From contig JAPKXY010000024.1 in NCBI GenBank assembly GCA_026394605.1, forward strand, positions 6,729 to 70,728: a DNA stretch of 64,000 nt, given 5' to 3'. The position numbers and the translations under genes were made by a program. Origin of the DNA: Methanoregula sp. GTDB lineage: Archaea; Halobacteriota; Methanomicrobia; Methanomicrobiales; Methanospirillaceae. Under the pieces are notes generated by a model, which had not been told where the DNA came from, ran no database searches, and saw nothing but the letters and a program-made list of their open reading frames with translations. Shown here piece after piece: positions 57,541 to 64,000 of this stretch (positions are counted from its first letter, which is position 1; the number at the start of each line of letters is the position of its first letter).

Positions 57541-58629
57541 TCAGGTTTTTCTTGTGATGGCAAGCCCGCTGTTGTCGACTTTTGTACTGATCGCAATAGT
57601 AAGCCCCATCGGTTTGAGCAGTTTCTCCATTTCGCTGCGGTTTTTGTCGGTAACAACTGCGATTGACGGCCCGACCGAACTCATGCCGACAAATTCAAGG
57701 TTCGCTTCGCGCAGCATGCTCATGTAATGATAGATCTTATAGCTGTGATGCTCCACTTCAGCCCGTTTGGACCCCCGGAATTCAATCTCCCAGATGGTAT
57801 CCCCGATCTTTTTTAAGTCCTCACGCTCAAGTGCCGGGATCAAATCCATCAAAAAAAGATAAGCCTTGAGTTCACGGTCGCGGTAGTCCAGCGTGCGTGC
57901 CTTGTTCATCAGTAGGTCAAACTCCTTTGTACCGGCGGAAGAAATATCCGTTGGGGGGATCAGGATGTGCACGTGTTTTCCTTGAGCAAACGGGTGGTGG
58001 TAGACAAGCGTCAGTTCATCGCCCATCACCGCCATACCGCCGTGCGTGCTGACGGCGGGACCAACGCCGGTCTCAAAACCGAACGCAATCGTGCCGTCCG
58101 CGGTCTCTTCGACATAGTTATTACCGATTAATTTCCGGAGCTGATTATTGGTAAGAGGCCTGCCGACAGCTTCGTTGATTGCGGTGGCGACAGCGATCAT
58201 CACCGTGCTCGTTGAGCCGAGCCCGACATGCTGGTGCTCGTGATCGGTTGCCCGGATCCGGAACCCGCCTGTGTATCCGACGGTCTTTCTGAATACTTCA
58301 ACAAAATTGTAAATGATCGGCCTGCGGTTGTAATCGATCTCGATTGCGCCATCAGTGCATTCCACTTCGGCAGTGCAGTAGCACTGGATCGCAAACCCTA
58401 CCCCCCCTCCCCCAGCATGGTCCGGGGCAAACCGGTTCATGTCAAGGACGGTTAAGTGAATGCGTGCCGGGGCCCGCACATGTACCGTTCCGTGTATGGG
58501 CGTGAGCCGGTAGTTCGTTGTGTCATACCCGAGGGTCTTGATATTTGTCCCCGGGGCAAACGTCCTGAAGTCGTACTCAACAAGATCGAGGTCGCCACCG
58601 CGAATTTTCATGATCGGCATAGGTAACAA
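57541..58629 (-). CDS. Beta-ribofuranosylaminobenzene 5'-phosphate synthase family protein (GHMP-kinase fold; methanopterin biosynthesis)
   Basis: VRAPARIHLTVLDMN...GGGGVGFAI and GLGSTSTVMIAVATAI motifs. Confidence 0.7.
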   Translation of the reverse strand: MLPMPIMKIRGGDLDLVEYDFRTFAPGTNIKTLGYDTTNYRLTPIHGTVHVRAPARIHLTVLDMNRFAPDHAGGGGVGFAIQCYCTAEVECTDGAIEIDYNRRPIIYNFVEVFRKTVGYTGGFRIRATDHEHQHVGLGSTSTVMIAVATAINEAVGRPLTNNQLRKLIGNNYVEETADGTIAFGFETGVGPAVSTHGGMAVMGDELTLVYHHPFAQGKHVHILIPPTDISSAGTKEFDLLMNKARTLDYRDRELKAYLFLMDLIPALEREDLKKIGDTIWEIEFRGSKRAEVEHHSYKIYHYMSMLREANLEFVGMSSVGPSIAVVTDKNRSEMEKLLKPMGLTIAISTKVDNSGLAITRKT

Positions 58630-58999
58630 TCCTGTTAGGGGCGATCGAGGTTATATCTTTTTCCAAATTTTTTTATCAGAGTGTAGTATACGATTCATTC
58701 CGGAAGATTGTTATATTGATACACTACTTCTCCTCCGGGACAATACGTATCCCAACTCACATAAAACTCAAAGAACGGGTAAAAAAAGTCAAGTGTATTC
58801 ATGCATGTGCAGAACCACGAGGGTGCATACCCCCTTCCGGCGTGCGATGCTATGCGGTTTTTCCCCCCCGTATGCCTGTGTGGCCGGATGAGGTTGTCCT
58901 GCTCATGATCATTGCATTGGGGACGTTTAAGGCCGTTTTCAGATGCTCGTGCCGGAGAGCGACAGATCACTCATCTGAACAACGGGGAAAAAAAAGGTC

Positions 59000-61717
59000 T
59001 TATCGGAAGAGCATCTCACGGTCACGGCGTCGCTTCCAGCCGTACAGGATGATCGCAACGGCAAGGATTATAACCCCGACAACGATGATCGGATTTTGTA
59101 GTATCGTTTCCACCGCCCACGTGATCATGCCCATGAAGTTGCTCACTGAAGAGCTTGCTGCAATCGGTACGACCTTTTGGGGGGTCACCTGCGTGGGTGC
59201 ACGGGTGGCAGTAATGGCGGGTTGTGCTGTGACTGTTTTGGTAAATAACGCAAAATAGCAGAAATGCGATATCTGTGCAGTGATGGTACCGTCATTGGGA
59301 TTGTACCTGGTAGGGATATCGTGCCAGGTGCCGGTCGCGCGATCATATGTTTTTACGATAAATTCCTGCCCGAATTGTACGTCCGGGGCAGTGAACCTGA
59401 TCGAGATTTCCGGTGAGAAGGTTGCGCCGTCAGGCTGGAGGTCGTAGGCCCTGCCGGCCAAGGAGAATGCATATCCCGGTGGAGTGCCGGGCAGGTTCTC
59501 TGCCGGAATGGCCGTGATGGTGATTGATAAGGGCGGTTTGCCGTCAGCGTCTTGTGCGACAACTCCCGTGCCGACAGTTACGGTTGCAAGGCCGTCCAGA
59601 GCCTGCAGCGTGGTGGCTTGTGTAATGACACCATTTGCGTTGGAATAGAGTTTTTCTGTCGTGCCGGGAGTTGGGGGAGCAGGTGGTGTAAGAGGAGTCT
59701 GGGTCGGCGGTATGGTGGGACTTTGTGTGGTTTTTACGGCATTTTTTTCGTCACTGATTGGGTAGTCAGGATTGACTGGTTGTTCAGCATTGATATAGGC
59801 GGTAGCGACGAGTCCAATCAGCTGGAACGGATTATTGCTACCGGTAAGGGAAGATATACCAAACGTTGAAAGCCCCCCAGGGGAAGCGGCCTCATAATAA
59901 TCGAGGTTTTCCCCAGGATCAGTGTACAGGTAATTCGTGGGAAGCACCTGTCCTTGTGTTCCATCATCGGATATCCGCCAGATAAATATCGTGCCCGGTC
60001 CACCGGAAAGATGTCCGACAAGAGGATCATTCCAGTCTGAATTGACGCTCATGTGGAGTTTGACTGGTGCATTTGAGGGGAAATTGGTCTTGGTAATTTT
60101 CGCTGTGTATGCCGTCCCAATAGAAACGGCAGGAGGGACATTGCCGGAAACTATCTTTTGTAATTTTATATCGTATTCGGGTATCACGCCTTCCCAGATC
60201 TTCGTGCTGAGGATCGCGTTGCAGGGGTAGGATGGAAGGTCGATACTATAGTTAAACGAGGCTGTTGTACCTATGTCGCTAGAAAATCCAGACGAGGGAG
60301 CTATCTCCTCCGATACCAGATGAACGCCGGTAGGATTTCCGGTAATCAGGTTACTATTCTCCAAAAAGCCCCCGTTCAGTGCATATATGGTGATTTTTTT
60401 AAAGCCGCTGACAAGGGACAGTTCCAGCACGGTTTTTGTGGGGTCCAATGTCGCTGGCAGGACGGATGTATCAACCGTGACCAATTGCGGACCCCCGCAA
60501 TTGGTTATGGTCAGCCCGTTGATCGCGGTATTCGCTGTCAGAACAGCACCGTTAAGGACATTGATATATTGGGTTTTGGTATCTGATCCATATGCATTGG
60601 TCGCAGTCAGGCTGACCGTATACGTCCCGATGCCAGTGTAGGTGTGAGCCGGGGGGTTCCGGCTTATAGAGGTTGAACCATCACCAAAATCCCATTCCCA
60701 CGATGCCGGGTGTCCACCAGACGTATCGGTAAACGTAACGGTTAACGGTGCAATATCCGCGGTTGGCGAAGCTACAAAATTTGCCACAACAGTATAACCT
60801 GGTGGAGGTGCTGTTTTGATCTCGAAGTTGCCCGTTGCATAGTTATCCATTCTGGTTGCAGTCAGGGGTATTGTCAGATCTCTGAGCATGTCGGGAATCC
60901 AGGGATTTCCTCCTGCGCCGGTGAAGGTGACGGTGACCTTTTGACCGACAGCCGTAGGGCCGCCGGTTGAGGTCAGCGTCAGGGTGCCACCTGCGACTGC
61001 GCGCTTCCATGTTGCAGCGGCAGCCGTGTCATATACTCCCACATTAGCGTCCGTGAGGGCGCCACCGGAAACATACGGGTCTAATCCCGACACGTCGATG
61101 ATGATAGTGTCATACTGAAGAATCGGCGCGTCGGTAATGGTGATCACCACCGAAGTGGCTCCGTATGTCGAAGTGATCTTCGCACCGGGTGCTACCGTGA
61201 GACCGCCCGGACCAAGTGTTGTCTCGATCTCGAAGTGGAAGTCAGCCGTGCCGTGATCCGCATCGGTTCTGGTTGCAGTAAAGTACGTATCAAGGTAGCC
61301 GCCCGTATCGGGAATCCAGGCATTTCCTCCTGCTCCGGTGAAGGTGACGGTGACCGTTTCACCAGCAACCGTAGCGGCTTTCTCAGACGTCAGCGTCAGG
61401 GTGTACGTGGCAGTCGGGTCGTCATATGTTACTGCCCCCTTCCATGTTGCTTGGAGAGCAGTGTCATCTACGACTACATTGGCGTTTGTGACTATACCAC
61501 TGGCAAGAACGTATTGTAAGGTCGTCACGTCGATGGTGATAGTGCTCCCTTCATCAATGTCTGGGCCGGTGATGGTGATCACCGGTGACGTGGCTCCGGT
61601 CCTCGTAATGATCGGGTCACCGTCTAATGCTGTGAGACCGCCCGCCACCGGCGCTGCCAGCAACGCCATACCGAGGATACACAACAGCACCAGAAAAATT
61701 ACATTTCGTTTCATCAT
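59000..61717 (-). CDS. Large secreted surface protein: two tandem ~140-aa N-terminal modules, one PKD domain, large beta-rich region, Pro/Thr linker, C-terminal TM anchor
   Basis: The start was set at MMKRNVIFLVLLCILG (signal peptide). PKD signature: LTVTFTDTS...WEWDFGDGSTS...HTYTGIGTYTVSLTATN. C-terminal TM helix IIVVGVIILAVAIILYGW followed by KRRRDR. Confidence 0.8.
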   Translation of the reverse strand: MMKRNVIFLVLLCILGMALLAAPVAGGLTALDGDPIITRTGATSPVITITGPDIDEGSTITIDVTTLQYVLASGIVTNANVVVDDTALQATWKGAVTYDDPTATYTLTLTSEKAATVAGETVTVTFTGAGGNAWIPDTGGYLDTYFTATRTDADHGTADFHFEIETTLGPGGLTVAPGAKITSTYGATSVVITITDAPILQYDTIIIDVSGLDPYVSGGALTDANVGVYDTAAAATWKRAVAGGTLTLTSTGGPTAVGQKVTVTFTGAGGNPWIPDMLRDLTIPLTATRMDNYATGNFEIKTAPPPGYTVVANFVASPTADIAPLTVTFTDTSGGHPASWEWDFGDGSTSISRNPPAHTYTGIGTYTVSLTATNAYGSDTKTQYINVLNGAVLTANTAINGLTITNCGGPQLVTVDTSVLPATLDPTKTVLELSLVSGFKKITIYALNGGFLENSNLITGNPTGVHLVSEEIAPSSGFSSDIGTTASFNYSIDLPSYPCNAILSTKIWEGVIPEYDIKLQKIVSGNVPPAVSIGTAYTAKITKTNFPSNAPVKLHMSVNSDWNDPLVGHLSGGPGTIFIWRISDDGTQGQVLPTNYLYTDPGENLDYYEAASPGGLSTFGISSLTGSNNPFQLIGLVATAYINAEQPVNPDYPISDEKNAVKTTQSPTIPPTQTPLTPPAPPTPGTTEKLYSNANGVITQATTLQALDGLATVTVGTGVVAQDADGKPPLSITITAIPAENLPGTPPGYAFSLAGRAYDLQPDGATFSPEISIRFTAPDVQFGQEFIVKTYDRATGTWHDIPTRYNPNDGTITAQISHFCYFALFTKTVTAQPAITATRAPTQVTPQKVVPIAASSSVSNFMGMITWAVETILQNPIIVVGVIILAVAIILYGWKRRRDREMLFR

Positions 61718-62445
61718 GATATACACCTGATTTTTCCCATCATTTCTCCCCCATCTGTTCACGCACGAGTGGTACACTTGTGACTAACAAGAAGCAGGCA
61801 CAAAAGAACACAGATGTGCAATGATGGTTATACAATCATTATCCTCCCACTAGCCATCACATGATGTGTGACTTAATATTTTTTACTATTTAAATAACTC
61901 GCCCATTATAACCTGCCACATGCAGCTTCAATCACATAAACGTTCAACCGGGTATAAACAAATAGCAAAATCCGGAAAGGAAATAAAAGATGTACCGTCG
62001 TGAAATCATTTGATACCGCATAAAAAAATTACCCTGTGATCTGCAAAAATAATTCTGTGTGGTGAACCTGACCGGTGAAAACGTCTTCAGCCAGATTCAT
62101 CCATGCTAAATCATCCTTTTCCGCCTGTTCTTTTTTCCCGCTCTCAGCATGAGGGCCTGAGATCACGTACGCCAAAGGAAGCATGACAACAAAAGTATTC
62201 CCTAGTATTAACCAGAACAGCGTTCAATACCTGTCAGACATTCCTGTATCCTGATCTCGATGATAGGAATCGCGGTTCATCCTCCTGCATTCCGGGCACA
62301 TCCATCACTACCACACGACCCCGTGCCAATACTATGATATGATGCTATGCACCGTTGCCTTGCAATATTTTAATTACCTATTCGTATTGTATACGCTATA
62401 TTCAACAAATCCTTATTATACAAAATTTATTGGGAGTGGTTTGAG

Positions 62446-64000
62446 ATGAAGACAACGCGTCTACTTTGGATTATGGCAGGAGTCCTTCTCCTTTGCCTTT
62501 TTGTTTCAAGTGTATCGGCATGCACAGCTTCTAATGATAATTACAATACACCCAAGAACACACTGCTCACGATTGTTGCTCCAGGTGTTCTCAAAAATGA
62601 CCAAGGTACGTCACTCACTGCGGTCAAGGTTAGCGATCCTACCCATGGCACACTTACTTTGAACTCCAACGGTGGATTTACCTACACTCCGACAACCGGT
62701 TTCTCCGGTACCGATAGCTTTACCTACAAGGCAAGATCTGGAACTACAAGTTACAGTAATGTTGCGACTGTTACAATCACGGTCACTAACCAGCCACCGG
62801 TGCTTACTCCAATTGGTGCCAAATCGGTGGATGAAGGAAAGACTTTAACATTTACAGCTACTGCAAATGACCCCAATGGAGACACCCTTGTATACTCAGC
62901 GACTGGTCTACCGACAGGAGCTTCGTTTGACACCGGTTCCCATACATTCACCTGGACACCCGGGTTCGACAAGGCCCCCGGCCCATACTTAGTGACATTC
63001 GCGGTCTCAGACGGAACCCTCACTGCCTCGGAAGTGGTCACTATCACTGTCGTCAATGTGAACCGTCCTCCTGTTTTTGGTACGATCAGTGACCAGACGG
63101 TCAACGAGAATGTACTGCTGGTCTTCACCGTCTCAGCCACTGATGCCGATAACGACCCGCTCAGCTACTCAGCCAGTAATATCCCGCTCGGAGCAACCTT
63201 CAATAAGGATACACAGACATTCGAGTGGACACCCGGGTTCGACAAGGCCCCCGGCCTATACTTAGTGACATTCGCGGTCTCAGACGGAACCCTCACTGCC
63301 TCGGAAGTGGTCACTATCACTGTCGTCAATGTGAACCGTCCTCCTATTTTTGGTACGATCAGTGACCAGACGGTCAACGAGAATGTACTGCTGACCTTCA
63401 CCGTCTCAGCCACTGATGCCGATAACGACGCGCTCACGTACTCCCTTGTTGGAGCACCGCAAGGTGCAGAGATCGGTTTATCCTCCGGTATCTTCACTTG
63501 GACACCGGGATACAACCAGGGCCGGACCACACCATACACTGTAACCTTCTCCGTCTCGGATGGACTGGGAGGAAGTGCTGATAAAACCGCCAGCATCACT
63601 GTCACCAACGTGAACCGGCCACCGGTACTTGACCCGATTGGAGCTAAATCCATCGATGAAGGCCAGCCACTCGAGTTCAGTGTATCCGGTAGTGATCCGG
63701 ATGGAACAGCAGTAACGTTCTCGGCCGCCCCTCTGTTAGACGGAGCGCAGTTCAGTGGAACAACATTCGCCTGGACACCCGGATACGATCAGGCCGGGGA
63801 TCATACAGTGACATTCACGGTCTCTGATGGAACCGACACTGACACCGAAGACGTCACTATCACCGTCACCAACGTCCTAATTGCAGACTTTGTAGGCGAA
63901 CCTGTAGACCAACCCGACTTAATCGGCCACGACCCGCTGCAGGTAAAATTCACAGACCAGTCAACCGGCGATATTAAAACATGGAGCTGGGTTTTTAATA
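62446..64000 (+). CDS. Secreted adhesin-like protein with cadherin-like/He_PIG-type Ig repeats, then start of a PKD domain (3' end outside window); not in ORF track
   Basis: Hand translation from the ATG at 62446 is open to the window end. It shows a signal peptide (MKTTRLLWIMAGVLLLCLFVSSVSA) and a cadherin-like domain (GVLKNDQG...HGTLTLNSNGGFTYTPTTGFSGTDSFTY). At least four repeats of about 91 aa follow, ending in ITV.NVNRPP. The sequence ends in LQVKFTDQSTGDIKTWSWVFN. Confidence 0.8.
   Translation, partial: MKTTRLLWIMAGVLLLCLFVSSVSACTASNDNYNTPKNTLLTIVAPGVLKNDQGTSLTAVKVSDPTHGTLTLNSNGGFTYTPTTGFSGTDSFTYKARSGTTSYSNVATVTITVTNQPPVLTPIGAKSVDEGKTLTFTATANDPNGDTLVYSATGLPTGASFDTGSHTFTWTPGFDKAPGPYLVTFAVSDGTLTASEVVTITVVNVNRPPVFGTISDQTVNENVLLVFTVSATDADNDPLSYSASNIPLGATFNKDTQTFEWTPGFDKAPGLYLVTFAVSDGTLTASEVVTITVVNVNRPPIFGTISDQTVNENVLLTFTVSATDADNDALTYSLVGAPQGAEIGLSSGIFTWTPGYNQGRTTPYTVTFSVSDGLGGSADKTASITVTNVNRPPVLDPIGAKSIDEGQPLEFSVSGSDPDGTAVTFSAAPLLDGAQFSGTTFAWTPGYDQAGDHTVTFTVSDGTDTDTEDVTITVTNVLIADFVGEPVDQPDLIGHDPLQVKFTDQSTGDIKTWSWVFN
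62953..63156 (+). repeat. Near-identical 204-nt intragenic direct repeat, copy 1
   Basis: Matches 63226-63429 at an offset of 273 nt (91 codons), with only about 4-5 mismatches on reading. Confidence 0.85.
63226..63429 (+). repeat. Near-identical 204-nt intragenic direct repeat, copy 2
   Basis: See copy 1. Differences include CCA/CTA, GTT/ATT and GTC/ACC codons. Confidence 0.85.

Noticed and set aside
61718-62445. A possible gene or pseudogene in the 728-bp spacer between the two divergent adhesin genes.
   Set aside because: Only very short ORFs (under 20 codons) are seen in all frames read, and none has motifs. The spacer is best treated as a promoter/regulatory region.
62751-63653. Two minus-strand ORFs (62751-63140 and 63165-63653) with repeated sequence.
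   Set aside because: They are antisense reflections of the plus-strand adhesin repeats. The plus frame is open for more than 1.5 kb and has a signal peptide and recognisable Ig/cadherin-like repeats.
1-64000. Search for CRISPR arrays, rRNA genes, transposases, integrases and toxin-antitoxin or defence cassettes.
   Set aside because: I saw no regularly spaced short direct repeats and no rRNA-like conserved stretches. No ORF has transposase, integrase or obvious defence-gene motifs. The only tandem repeats are intragenic, in surface-protein genes and the dapA tail.

Overview
By gene content this window looks like a chromosomal segment of a hydrogenotrophic methanogen, probably Methanomicrobiales-like. 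That assignment is an inference; no database search was possible. I support about 75 protein genes and 2 tRNAs, Ser-UGA and Glu-UUC. I found no rRNA, no CRISPR array and no recognisable transposase or integrase.

Content in order:
- 1-10170: an Eha-type membrane-bound [NiFe] hydrogenase, a polyferredoxin and formylmethanofuran dehydrogenase fwdDBAC, all in one translationally coupled unit.
- About 13.6-15.4 kb: an AT-rich island carrying a hexapeptide acetyltransferase.
- Next come cofE, a hidden Sec61-beta gene, psmB-aCPSF1, moaA-rlmE and PCNA-PriL.
- These are followed by dapA-dapB-ferredoxin-asd and Alba.
- cdrS-ftsZ has an operator-like repeat array upstream of cdrS.
- cobD-cobY, a RaSEA radical-SAM gene and tRNA-Ser followed by hypC-hypA-hypE come next.
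- A methanopterin-linked operon combines a Dus-like TIM barrel, a CitG-like gene and DUF447.
- The F430 cluster cfbA-cfbE-cfbD-cfbB lacks cfbC.
- ilvE and a beta-RFAP synthase gene follow.
- Several secreted or surface proteins (TPR, PEGA, PKD, cadherin/He_PIG-like) are scattered through the window.

Five small genes missing from the ORF track were found by reading the sequence: Sec61-beta, CdrS, a TTG-start ferredoxin, a zinc-ribbon miniprotein and a 58-aa membrane protein. A long open-ended adhesin gene at 62446-64000 is also missing from the track.

I did not find a self-contained, clearly novel system such as a defence island. The best candidates for follow-up are:
- the Eha-polyferredoxin-Fwd super-operon;
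- the cdrS operator array and its shared motif;
- a shared C-terminal sorting-signal-like motif on three surface proteins;
- the uncharacterised methanopterin-linked trio;
- the AT-rich island.

Start codons are often uncertain by a few codons.
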